A DNA stretch of 64,000 bases from Candidatus Latescibacterota bacterium (GTDB lineage: Bacteria > Latescibacterota > UBA2968 > UBA8231): the NCBI GenBank assembly GCA_965197905.1, contig CBDAOB010000005.1, positions 32,001 through 96,000 of the forward strand, given 5' to 3'. The notes under the pieces were generated by a model that made no database searches, had not been told where the DNA came from, and saw only the letters and a list, made by a program, of their open reading frames with translations. Both the position numbers and the translations under genes were made by a program. How positions within the stretch are numbered: the first letter of the stretch is position 1; every line of letters begins with the position of its first letter. Shown here piece by piece: positions 44,001 through 53,112 of this stretch.

Positions 44001-46710
44001 CGGCGATCTGGATCTAGTCACGGGCAATTCAACTCAAGTAAACCGGGTCTACCTCAATTCGGGCAATAAGGATGGCACCCTCACCGCCAGCGCCACCCTC
44101 GACGAGAGCAGCACCATCAATCTGCTCTCCACCGTCGACAGTCAGGCCGAAGGGGTCGATCTCTTCGACTTCACCTTCACCGACGGCGCTGGTGGTGACG
44201 GACTCGCACTCATCGTATCGAAGCTCGTACTCAACACCTCCGGCACCGGCGCGTTCTCCCAGGTTGCCTGGCTGCTCAACGGCCCCGACGCCAGCAATGT
44301 CAGCGGCACCTACAGTTCCAGTTCCAACACCATCACCTTCTCCGGTTTGTCGATCTCGGTCGCCGACGGCGCCAGCGAGACCTACACCGTACGGGGCTAC
44401 TACACTAACACGACCGGTTTAGTGGATGGCGCGACCTTCGCTCTATCCCTGGACGGCGATACCGAGGTGACGGCAACCGCGGGTTCAAGCATGTCGGGTA
44501 GTAACGTAGCGGTTAGCAACGCAGCAGCGGCGAAGGTTGTTACTTCTCCCCTGCCGACCAACAACCGCGGGGTCCGACTGTCAGAGAGCAGTTCCGTAAC
44601 GATTTCCTCGAATTTGCTCACCTTCGCTGATGCGTCCAGCACCGCCGGACAGATCGTCTACACCATACTGGCCGCACCGACGCTGGGTCGGCTCACCAAG
44701 AGCGGTTCCACGCTGGGTGCGGGCTCTACCTTCACCCAGGACGATATCGACAACAGCCGAATCAGCTACGTCCACGGGGGTTCCGAGTTTTTTACTGACA
44801 ATTTCTCTTTTACGGTCAAAGGAACTCCGGGTTTGGCCACCGCCAACACCGCCTTCCACATCGAGATCGACCCGGTCAACGATGCGCCCCGGTTGGACGT
44901 GTTGCGTGAGGTCCAGGTGGATGAGGGTGGTAGTGTGGTCGTCAACAACGGGTATTTGCGAATACTGGACGGCGATACCCATGCCAGCAAGCTCACCTTC
45001 ACCGTGCACGAGGGTCCGTACTATGGCCGCGTCGGCCGCAGCACCTTTTCCCAGGCCGACATCGACCGATCGTTGGTAAGCTATGTGCATGATGGTTCCG
45101 AAACCCAGCGCGACAGCCTGCGTTTCAGCGTTGCCGATGCCGGCGGCGCCCAGCTTGCAAGCACCTGGCTGAGTTTCGCGATTCGGTCGCTCAACGACGG
45201 GCCGATCATCCCGTCGATTGAAAGTCCCCATATAAAGGAAGGAGAGCTACTGGTACTGGACCTGGCGGCAACCGACCCAGAAGGCGCGGCGATCACGACC
45301 ACGGTCACCGGACTTCCAACCGGGGCGACGCTCGATGGCACCATGCTCAAGTGGCTGCCCCTTTACGACCAGGCCGGATCCTATCCGTTGGCTGCTGTCT
45401 ACGACGACGGCCAGGGCGGTACCAGCCGGCTTCGCATCGATATCAACGTGTCAGACGCCCAGGTGCCGATGCTTTTGCCCGAGCCGGCTCTCGTGGACTT
45501 TGGGGACGTGCCCGCAGGGGAAACCGAGGACAAAACCTTTGCGCTGGTCAACCAGGCGCCGGTGGCGCTCGAGCTGGCACCGTTTTCCAGTACCTCCGCC
45601 AATCTCAGCGTAGCCAGTCCAGCATTTCCGGTGAATCTGGATCCGGGTCAGCGGGTGGAGATCACCGCGCGGTTTACGGCTGCCGCCGACCACGCCGACG
45701 TGCAGCAAGCGTTGCTGACCAGTGCTACGAAGCTGGGGCCGGCGGAAGTGCCGGTTGTGGGACGCAGCGTCTGGAATCGACTGGTTGCAGACAACGACGA
45801 AATCGCTTTTCTACCGGCGGTGATCGGTGACACGCGCTGGAAGCATCTGAACCTGAGCAATCCGGGGAACCTGCCGCTGGATGTCGTTGCTCAGCTGCCC
45901 GACGACACGCCCTTTGGCGTCGAGCCCAATGAATTGACCGTGCCGGGTGGCGAAGAAAAAGTCATGCGCGTTCGCTACGTGCCGGTAACGGTAGAGCCGG
46001 TGGAAGAATTGCTAACGTTGACGAGTGAGCTAGGGCAGCTGGATATCTCGCTGCGGGGACAAGGGCGTGAACCCGAGAAGGGCCAGGTTAGCATAGACTT
46101 CAATCCGGACCAGGGGAATCAGCAGCAGAACCTCATCGGCGGTGCCATTTCGGGTTCGGTGTACGTGCTTCAACTCCATGCCAGTGGAGTGCCACAGGTG
46201 TCGGGATGGAGCGTACGCATCGACTACGACCCGGAAGAGTTGTCGTACGTGGAAGGCAGCTTTGCTCCGGGTTCGTTTCTCCGCCGGTTGACGCCGCTAG
46301 AACGTGTCGGCGAGGGTTATGTGGAAGCTGGTGGTGATGCACTAGGTGGGGAGAGCTTGGCAAACGGGAACGGTGTTCTGGGGACCCTCTCATTCCAGGT
46401 GGACGACGGATTCTCGGGTCAGACCGAGCTGTCCGTAAGCCGGGTGACCTGGCATCGGGAGGACCGGATCGGGCTGGATCGCAACGTTGTGTATGCCTCT
46501 GCAAACATAACCGCCGCCGCCGTGACCTTCATCAACCCTGCAGATTTCAACGCCGATGGCAGTGTCGACACCGACGATTTCCTGTTGTTTGCGGACCAGT
46601 TTGGTCATCGCGTACCTCCGGCCGAGCCCCGCTTCGATCTGGATGGCAATGGCCGGATCAACCACCTGGATTTCTTCCTCTTTGCCGACCTGGTGCTGGA
46701 GGAGGAGTGA
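41059..46710 (+). CDS. Giant surface protein 4 (1883 aa), two FG-GAP propellers, the first with a distinct blade type
   Basis: Conserved leader, 14 FG-GAP repeats, tail very similar to protein 3. Confidence 0.88.
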   Translation: MTEGRANVDHLSDRALYRRSEEMLFEAARLHCSGRRSGLRKRIRRYLKPYRRDRTFLASLVSSVGRALVVAYLLAQLWAAEVSAQPSFSSSSPANAKHNIAVGSNITATFSQAIASGTVSSSTFVLHGGFIGKHSTGGTASTHKDATYTGGGTTTLTLNPGANFAPGELLSVTLTTGLQNGSAQALSAAKVFQFMAATSGGPAVFSNESQNFGTGSDGTFEVVAGDVDGDGDLDLAVGNHTGQNVVYLGDGDGTFATAGNNFGPGGGQTWTVQFGDVDGDGDLDAASAEYNSQNRVYFGDGDGTFDTTNTNYGTGIDKTVQVLLGDLDGDGDLDLVGGTYTLQNVVYMGDGDGSFDTTSHNFGTGTDNTRALALGDADGDGDLDLFVGNNAAQNVVYMGDGDGTFDTTSNNFGPGTQATVDLTLGDVDGDGDLDLLVGNAAAQQNVLHLGDGDGTFDTTSINFGTGSDGTYAVRLGDLDGDGDLDLFAGNYGGQDVVYLGDGDGTFDTTSRNLGTGSEKTSTGSMGDLDGDGDLDIVVGSRNEQNVVYLNNETAFSSSSPAANANSVATTTNVSATFNKTMKAATSSTFLVYGSMTGKRAGSYSGAGSTTATFDPTKDFKPGELVEVTVTPGLQSTAGDAVQPPRVYQFRAAAAKGPVVFSHVSSDVATPTNDTWEALLGDLDADGDLDLVTGNNNQVNRVYLGNGNSTFASGNDLATPANSTRTAALGDLDGDGDVDLVTGNASSTVNRVYLSNGNGTFASGNDVATPTNNTWSVSLGDLDGDSDLDLVTTNANQVNRVYLSNGNGIFATGSDVDTPTNNSQTALLGDLDGDGDVDLVTGNASSTVNRVYLGNGNGSFASGSDVATPANTTRTAALGDLDGDGDLDLVTGNDGQVNRVYLSNGNGTFASGNDVATPTNNTWSVSLGDMDGDGDLDFVAGNYPQVNRVYLGNGNGTFATGSDVDTPTNKTFAVPLGDLDGDGDLDLVTGNSTQVNRVYLNSGNKDGTLTASATLDESSTINLLSTVDSQAEGVDLFDFTFTDGAGGDGLALIVSKLVLNTSGTGAFSQVAWLLNGPDASNVSGTYSSSSNTITFSGLSISVADGASETYTVRGYYTNTTGLVDGATFALSLDGDTEVTATAGSSMSGSNVAVSNAAAAKVVTSPLPTNNRGVRLSESSSVTISSNLLTFADASSTAGQIVYTILAAPTLGRLTKSGSTLGAGSTFTQDDIDNSRISYVHGGSEFFTDNFSFTVKGTPGLATANTAFHIEIDPVNDAPRLDVLREVQVDEGGSVVVNNGYLRILDGDTHASKLTFTVHEGPYYGRVGRSTFSQADIDRSLVSYVHDGSETQRDSLRFSVADAGGAQLASTWLSFAIRSLNDGPIIPSIESPHIKEGELLVLDLAATDPEGAAITTTVTGLPTGATLDGTMLKWLPLYDQAGSYPLAAVYDDGQGGTSRLRIDINVSDAQVPMLLPEPALVDFGDVPAGETEDKTFALVNQAPVALELAPFSSTSANLSVASPAFPVNLDPGQRVEITARFTAAADHADVQQALLTSATKLGPAEVPVVGRSVWNRLVADNDEIAFLPAVIGDTRWKHLNLSNPGNLPLDVVAQLPDDTPFGVEPNELTVPGGEEKVMRVRYVPVTVEPVEELLTLTSELGQLDISLRGQGREPEKGQVSIDFNPDQGNQQQNLIGGAISGSVYVLQLHASGVPQVSGWSVRIDYDPEELSYVEGSFAPGSFLRRLTPLERVGEGYVEAGGDALGGESLANGNGVLGTLSFQVDDGFSGQTELSVSRVTWHREDRIGLDRNVVYASANITAAAVTFINPADFNADGSVDTDDFLLFADQFGHRVPPAEPRFDLDGNGRINHLDFFLFADLVLEEE

Positions 46711-46900
46711 GGTGTTTCAAGCAGGTCTCAGGTAGTTTCTTCAGCGCAAACCCTCGCATGAGCCTCCTGCTGACCCACCATTGGGAACGTCCGCCGAGTT
46801 TGTGAGGGCGATCACTTCGTATTTTCCGTCACATTGCTATATTGAGCCATCACTCGCTCCTATTTTCTTAAGGAGCATTTTCCATTCTAGGGAGGAAGAT

Positions 46901-48910
46901 ATGGAACGGTCCGGGTACAGCAGGATTTTGCCTTGTCTCGCAGTTGCGATTTTTATGGCTCTCGGTGGAGCCGGCACGGTCACCGCCGTAGAAACACCAG
47001 AGGTCGAACCAGTGGAGCTCACCGTCGCCGCCTCGGGAGCCAAGGTGTCCTTCTCCATGTTTGGCACCGATCTCCGATTGTTCACGGCTATCCGCATCGT
47101 TTCTGACACCGATGATGATACCGATGGTATCAGGGTTGCCATGGGAAGGGCCCGGGGTGAACGCCGCAATGCGTCGATTCGCACCACTGGTGCGACACCC
47201 GGCTCGTATTCTGTGGAGCTTGTGGATATGGAAGGTGAGGTCGTCACCCTCGATCTCGCAGTGATCGTCGAGGGTTTCGAAGCTCCATCAGTACCCGACG
47301 TCAACAGGCCGCACATCAACATTCCGATCGACGGTGGGCGCGAGTCCTTCTCCATGCAGGGCCCGGATGTAGGATCGTTCACGGCGATTCGAGTTGTGTC
47401 CGACGGCGACGGAGACACGGATGGCATCGTCATCCGTATGGGTCGGGCAAGGGGTCAGCGCCGAAACGCGTCCATCCGTACCAACGATGCCGAGCCGGGC
47501 GAATATTCGGTTGAACTCGTCCACGGGCAAGGTGGGCCGACCCAACTAGGGATGACATTGCTCGTCTTCGAGCTTGCAGCTCCGCGTGTACGACCGGAAC
47601 GAATCGAACTTGCGCTCGATGGCCAGCAGGTGGATTTCGAATTGAGAGGCCCCGGTCTCAGTCTTTTTGAGGAGATTCACCTGCTAGACGATGAGGGTGG
47701 CGACAATACGGAAGGAATGGCCGTTGGGATGTCACCAAGAGCAGCTGCAGACAGGCGCGGCGCCTGGGCGAGGGCCGATGACGGAGCTTCTCCCGGTCTC
47801 TATCGCGTCGAACTGCTCGACGGAGACGGTGAGGTCTACGAGCTGGACCTGGAGATAGCGGTTGAAGGGGAGCCGCCGCAGGATGAAGGGGACTCTGACG
47901 TTGTCGCTGAGGATGACGATCGATCGTTTGGTGGAGGGGGCGGCGGTAGCTTTGATGACGACGTGGACCAGATGGTCGTCGCGAAAGCGTTCAACGTCGA
48001 AATCAACGGTGAGTTCATACCCGTAGTGAGTTATTCCGGTGGGGATATTACAGGTGAGAAAGCTGAAGCTAGCTCTGGCAGCAGCCAGCACAACGAATCC
48101 ACCATGGGTCACAACTACATCACCAACCTGACGTTGGAGTCTTTCTTTACTGCGGACAGTCACATGATTCAGGATCTGGTGATGGGATGGATCCAGGAGT
48201 CCGGTGGCCCCGTTGATGTTGCAATCACCGAACTGGCCAAAGACAAGTCCGTCGTGAAGACCTACGTCTATTCGGATTGTATTCCCGTTTCCTACCAGCC
48301 GCCTAGGGTGGCGGCCAACGCTAGCGAACTGTTGAAGCACCAATTGACCCTGAAGCCGGCTCGGTTAGAGGTATCCAGCGCCGAACCAAACCCAGAAGAG
48401 TATTTTGCGCCCGAGGCAAGGGACCTGCTGTACTCATTCCTCGAAGCGCTTGTGCCCAGTGCGGAGGCTGCACAAACGGAATCAGACCAGATGATCTTCT
48501 CGAAGTACTTCGAACTGGAGGTGGTAGGCATATATCAAAGCGTCCCGGGAGCCGTGAGCGTCTTTCCGGGGACTGTGTATTGGTCAAGCGAGGAAGCGAC
48601 CAGGGGGGATAAGCCAGATTGGCGCGAGTACACCTGGTCGTTCGATCGTTTTGAAGACTGGACTATCGAAGTCCAGCAAGGTCCCGGAATGATTAATCTG
48701 CAGAAGTATGCGGACGATGCTCTCAAAGAGGGAGCTCAATCACGAACGTTTTCTGTGCGTTTTCTGGCGCGGGACAAGTCAACGGTGCTTGGAAGTATGC
48801 ATGCACTCGGCACGCCGGTCGAGGTTATGGAGGCCGGTGATCCCGATTCGCAAGTGAAGCGGATCCAATACACCATAGAGGTTGAGAATCTTACCTTTGG
48901 GGACGATTGA
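46901..48910 (+). CDS. Exported protein (669 aa): signal peptide, three ~90-aa Ig-like repeats, two tandem phage tail-tube (T4 gp19/Afp1-like) domains
   Basis: GGAGG RBS; signal ending GTVTA; repeats ending PGxYxVEL; FNVEING..SGG..E..G..Y.TNLTL..W..V.I..L..D..V..Y.Y.DC.P.SY..P..A follows the gp19-family pattern (by eye). Confidence 0.65.
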   Translation: MERSGYSRILPCLAVAIFMALGGAGTVTAVETPEVEPVELTVAASGAKVSFSMFGTDLRLFTAIRIVSDTDDDTDGIRVAMGRARGERRNASIRTTGATPGSYSVELVDMEGEVVTLDLAVIVEGFEAPSVPDVNRPHINIPIDGGRESFSMQGPDVGSFTAIRVVSDGDGDTDGIVIRMGRARGQRRNASIRTNDAEPGEYSVELVHGQGGPTQLGMTLLVFELAAPRVRPERIELALDGQQVDFELRGPGLSLFEEIHLLDDEGGDNTEGMAVGMSPRAAADRRGAWARADDGASPGLYRVELLDGDGEVYELDLEIAVEGEPPQDEGDSDVVAEDDDRSFGGGGGGSFDDDVDQMVVAKAFNVEINGEFIPVVSYSGGDITGEKAEASSGSSQHNESTMGHNYITNLTLESFFTADSHMIQDLVMGWIQESGGPVDVAITELAKDKSVVKTYVYSDCIPVSYQPPRVAANASELLKHQLTLKPARLEVSSAEPNPEEYFAPEARDLLYSFLEALVPSAEAAQTESDQMIFSKYFELEVVGIYQSVPGAVSVFPGTVYWSSEEATRGDKPDWREYTWSFDRFEDWTIEVQQGPGMINLQKYADDALKEGAQSRTFSVRFLARDKSTVLGSMHALGTPVEVMEAGDPDSQVKRIQYTIEVENLTFGDD

Positions 48911-49066
48911 TGATATCACTCGTCCGCGTCCCCCGCGCTGCACGGCCATGAGGTCTTGTTCGGCGGCGCCCCGTTCATCATATTATCATCGCTTGCCATG
49001 TGAGGAGCATCCGTGCTCCTCATATTCATTTTTGATTCTGTCCCCGCTATCCCAAGGAGGTGAACC

Positions 49067-49381
49067 GTGAAATACATGGTTGAGCTGAGCGTGGATGCGC
49101 AGACCGGCAACGAGATCGAATCCCAACCGGGCGGTCCGGGTCCCGTCGTAGAGAGAATTCTCGACAGGTTCAAGCCGGAAGCGGTCTATATGACCGTGAC
49201 CGAGCGCAAGATCTACATGGTCGTAGATCTCGACGACCCCGCATCGACGGCCGAACTGATGGTCGCCGGCGCGAAAATCGCGGGAAGTTATCCCAAATTC
49301 ACGCCCGTCATTGCCGGCGCCGATTTTCCCGAAGTGGTCGGGAAAGCACTTCCCGCCGCAAACGCGATCGTTAACGGTTAA
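49067..49381 (+). CDS. Small conserved hypothetical protein (GYD/DUF3303-like)
   Basis: AGGAGG RBS; FKPEAVY..ERKIYMVVDL..TPV pattern. Confidence 0.6.
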   Translation: MKYMVELSVDAQTGNEIESQPGGPGPVVERILDRFKPEAVYMTVTERKIYMVVDLDDPASTAELMVAGAKIAGSYPKFTPVIAGADFPEVVGKALPAANAIVNG

Positions 49382-49397
49382 CAAGAGGAGGAGGCCA

Positions 49398-50057
49398 ATG
49401 GCACTCAGAATAAACGACGAAGCCCCCGATTTCACCGCCGAGAGCACGGAAGGCACGATAAGCTTCCACGACTGGATCGGCGACGGATGGGCGATTCTAT
49501 TTTCACACCCGAAGGATTTCACGCCGGTCTGCACGACTGAGCTAGGCGCCATGGCCGGGTTGAAACCCGAGTTCGCCAAACGCAATTGTAAGGTTCTGGG
49601 CATAAGCGTCGACGGCGTCAGCGACCATCAGAAATGGTCGAAGGATATCGAATCTTCCCAGGGTCATGCCGTCAATTACCCGCTGGTCGGCGATCCCGAG
49701 CTGAAGGTAGTCAAAGCCTTTGATATGCTGCCTGCCGATGCCGGCGACAGCTCCGAAGGCCGCACGCCGATGGACAACGCCACGGCTCGTTCGGTTTTCC
49801 TCATCGGTCCTGACAAGAAGATCAAAGCGTCGTTGACTTATCCGATGAGCACCGGCCGCAACTTCGCCGAGATCCTGCGCCTGCTGGATTCATGCCAGCT
49901 CACCGCGGAAAAGAAAGTGGCCACGCCGGTCAACTGGCAGCAGGGTGACGATGTGATCATCGTGCCGGCGGTCTCGGACGAGGATGCCAAAAAGACCTAT
50001 CCGGATGGCTGGAAGACGCCGTTGCCGTATATCCGCATCGTGCCGCAGCCGAAATAA
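49398..50057 (+). CDS. 1-Cys peroxiredoxin (Prx6 family)
   Basis: FSHPKDFTPVCTTELG, YPMSTGRNF, ATPVNW; GAGGAGG RBS. Confidence 0.95.
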   Translation: MALRINDEAPDFTAESTEGTISFHDWIGDGWAILFSHPKDFTPVCTTELGAMAGLKPEFAKRNCKVLGISVDGVSDHQKWSKDIESSQGHAVNYPLVGDPELKVVKAFDMLPADAGDSSEGRTPMDNATARSVFLIGPDKKIKASLTYPMSTGRNFAEILRLLDSCQLTAEKKVATPVNWQQGDDVIIVPAVSDEDAKKTYPDGWKTPLPYIRIVPQPK

Positions 50058-50060
50058 CGG

Positions 50061-50084
50061 GTGAAACCGCTTTGAGCGGTTCAC
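50061..50084 (+). terminator. Hairpin after the peroxiredoxin gene
   Basis: GTGAAACCGCT-TTG-AGCGGTTCAC inverted repeat immediately after the stop; no U-tract. Confidence 0.35.
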
Positions 50085-50269
50085 AAATCAAGCCTCCGGC
50101 TCTGCCGGAGGTCCCGGTGACTGACGATATTTTCTCATTCGGCGAAAAGCCAACTAATAACGGGTGCCTTTGCCACAGGGATGGTGAAGGCACCCGTTTT
50201 CTTGCGGTCAAGGCGGTCAGAAGCGTAGATGCATCTGATGCAACTTCACCAGCATCCAATGATACAGCT

Positions 50270-52944
50270 ATGCGCCGAATCAAAGAGAAGATCCTGATTG
50301 TCCGGTTCGCCCTCGTTCCGAGTTTCCTGGCATTTCTCGCCATGCCCGCCACGGCTCAAACCATTTTCGAGGACGCGACCGCCAATTCCATAGGCGTACT
50401 GAGTTTCCCACCCGCGGGTATGGTGTTTGCAGACTACAACAACGACGGGCGCCCAGATCTCTTTCTTGCGAGCGGGGCCGGATTTGGCCAAGGCGACCGT
50501 ATCGCTCTCATGAACAATCTGGGGAACGGCCGTTTCGCAAATCACACACCGCAAATGGAATTGGCTATCGACGTTGGCCTCGGCGACGGTGCCGCTTTCG
50601 CCGACTACGACAACGATGGGGACCTTGACGCATTCCTGACTATTGGCTCTATAAACCAGTCGGGCCGAGACCTGCTTTTGCGCAACGACCGCGGCCCGTT
50701 TCACCCAGTCTCGCTGGAAGCGGGCCTTGTCGACAGCCTGCCGACCGAAAACGCCATCTGGCTCGATTACGACCGCGATGGACATCTGGATCTGTACTTG
50801 GGCCACTGGTCGATCGAGGACAGACCGGATCTACGCAACCGGCTGTGGCGCAATCAGGGCGACGGTAGCTTCACGGATGTTACGGAGGATGCGGGATTGG
50901 ATGTGCAGCTGCATCCGAGTGGGGGAGGCAGCGCCCACGGCATGGTTGGCGCCGATTTCAACAACGATGGCTGGCCGGATCTTTATCTCGCCGTCTGGCA
51001 GGGGGCAAACCGTATGTTCCTCAACACCGGAGAGGGACGATTCTTCGACGCCACGACCACCGAGATTGGTGATCCAGGCAGGGCGTTTGGTGCTGCCGTC
51101 GGGGACGTCGACAACGATGGCGATCTCGATCTATTCCATGCCAGCGGTGCCAGCATTGGTTCTCCCGTTCCGTCCCGCTCGCTGATGCTGTTGAACCTGG
51201 GCGACGCAACCTACCTGGATGTCACCGAGGGTGTGGGGCTGGGGGACACCTACGCGCTGGACGTCACCGGTCCCGGATTGCAGGACATCGACAACGACGG
51301 TGATCTGGACCTGCTGATCGCCTCTCCTCAGTTTTTGTTCCTCAACGACGGACAGGGTCTGTTCGAAAATCACACGGAGCTGTCGGGATTGGCGCCGTCG
51401 ACCATTCCCCTATCGGTACCGCCCGTCTTCGGAGATTACGATGGCGATGGCTTCCTCGACCTGATCTTTACCGAGGGCAAGCTCTATCGCAATCGAGGCA
51501 ATACCAACCACTGGCTGCGGGTCGAGCTCGTGGGCACCGAAAGCAACCGCAGCGCCATCGGAAGCCGGATCTTTGCCACGTCCGGCGGGCGCAGGCAGAT
51601 GCGTGAGATTCTGGGCGGGAACGGCTTCTCGCAAGACGAGTTCGTGGCACACTTCGGTCTTGGCGAAATTACTACTGTGGATACCCTGGAGATTCACTGG
51701 CCTTCCGGCACTGTGGATCACTTGTTCGACGTCGTTGCCGACCAGAAAATCCGCGCGTTCGAGGGCCGTCCGTGGTACCACTTCGTGACCCCCTCGGAGT
51801 GGGAACACAATATTCCGGATACCGTTTTGTCAGCGACCGTTGTCGAAATTTCGGCTACGGTTCGCCCTGCTTTGTTTGAGCCCGACGCCAAGGTCAACAA
51901 CGTGTCAGCGGATTTGAGCGCCATCGGGGGTCCCAGCCTGATACAACTCGACGCCCAGAATGACGGTAGCTTTCGATTGGAAACGGTCGTGGAGGTGAAT
52001 GGAGAGGTAGGCTCGAACCTCCTCTTTTTTCGGATCGAACAAGCAACGTTCCTCGGCCCCTATTGGACCGAGTTGTCACGTCGGGTAATCCTGAGGTCTC
52101 CGGGCGCGGACCTGGTGCTTTTTGGAGACGAGCCGGCGGAGATCGTGCGTTTGGTAATACTCGAGGGGCACTTTTCCGACGCAGCAGAATCTCAGGAGGC
52201 GTTCGAGGGAACCGTGTCAGTTGCATTGGAGAGTGTCGACCCCATGGGATCCGCATTTCTATTCGAACTATCGGATCCGGTTTCGCCTGCGGACTACTCC
52301 GCTCTACACTTTGCGTTTCATCCAGGCACCGCGACGGTTTCTGAGTCACCACATGACGCAGGCGGTCCACCAGGGGATCGCCACCTCCCACAGGGGGCGC
52401 CGGATCGCCGTTTGCAGTCGGGTTTGAAGGAGAGGAGGGAATGCACTTCGTAGAGTTCGGCGAGCAGGTGGATCTGGAGCTGAAAGCCTGGCAGGAGGTG
52501 AATATTCCCTTGGCAACGGATGAGATTCTGGCACTGGGTCCTATCTCGGTATTCTTCTTCGGTTTTGCTTTGGATGGGCAGTTTTTCATCGATGATATCC
52601 GGCTGGTCGGCCGAGCCGAATCCGTGACCGCGGTGTCTCAAGAAGCAGCCAGTGCCCGACCACTACGATTAGACTTGGCGCAGAACTACCCCAATCCGTT
52701 CAACAGCGAGACCGTGATCCGCTTCATTTTGCCCCGGCGCGGCGAGGTAAATCTGGAGATCTACAACCTGGCGGGCCAGCGGGTAGCGAGATTGGCGGAC
52801 GGAGTGCGCGAAGCTGGAGTCCATACCATTCGCTGGGATGGAGCGGATGAGCATGGTCGTCCGCTGGGCAGCGGCGTGTATCTGTATCGGTTGCGTGCTG
52901 GCGATAGGAATCACGAAACCCGGAAACTCCTGCTCTTGCGATAA
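50270..52944 (+). CDS. CRTAC1/ASPIC-UnbV FG-GAP protein with FlgD-Ig C-terminal domain; frame break at ~52350-52410
   Basis: DYNNDG/DYDNDG repeats, NHWLRVELVG..SNRSAIG..HFGLG..IHWPSG; ORF 52441-52944 supplies the NYPNPFN..TRKLLLLR tail. Confidence 0.8.
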
Positions 52945-53112
52945 CCACCGAGCAGCTGAAGTAGCAAACACTCAGCGTTCCGCATACCAATTTGCACCGA
53001 GTAATCTTGGTTGATTCGCTCCCCGCGATTCGACTTTCTATATTCTGCATCAGCACAGCAGTGAAGCTCGTCTTGGGCTAAAGTGTTGACTACCAGGCAG
53101 GGAGATGAAGCC

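Larger units (their letters stand above)
21050..44060 (+). repeat. 70 FG-GAP coding repeats (about 46-48 aa each) in ten blocks of seven
   Basis: Consensus LGDLDGDGDLDLxTGNxxQVNRVYLGNGNGTFAxGxDVxTPTNxTxxxx; counted per block by eye. Confidence 0.9.

Noticed and set aside
21050..44060. CRISPR array or diversity-generating retroelement behind the regular repeats
   Set aside because: Repeats are in-frame, degenerate at synonymous sites and lack unique spacers; no cas gene, reverse transcriptase or adenine-specific template/variable pair was recognised
20996..46665. Many minus-strand ORFs with RSRSPSPS repeats
   Set aside because: Antisense translations of the GDLDGDGDLD repeats; no independent coding evidence
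46901..48910. Prophage, eCIS or T6SS locus
   Set aside because: No sheath, baseplate, spike, capsid, terminase or ATPase genes were recognised in the window
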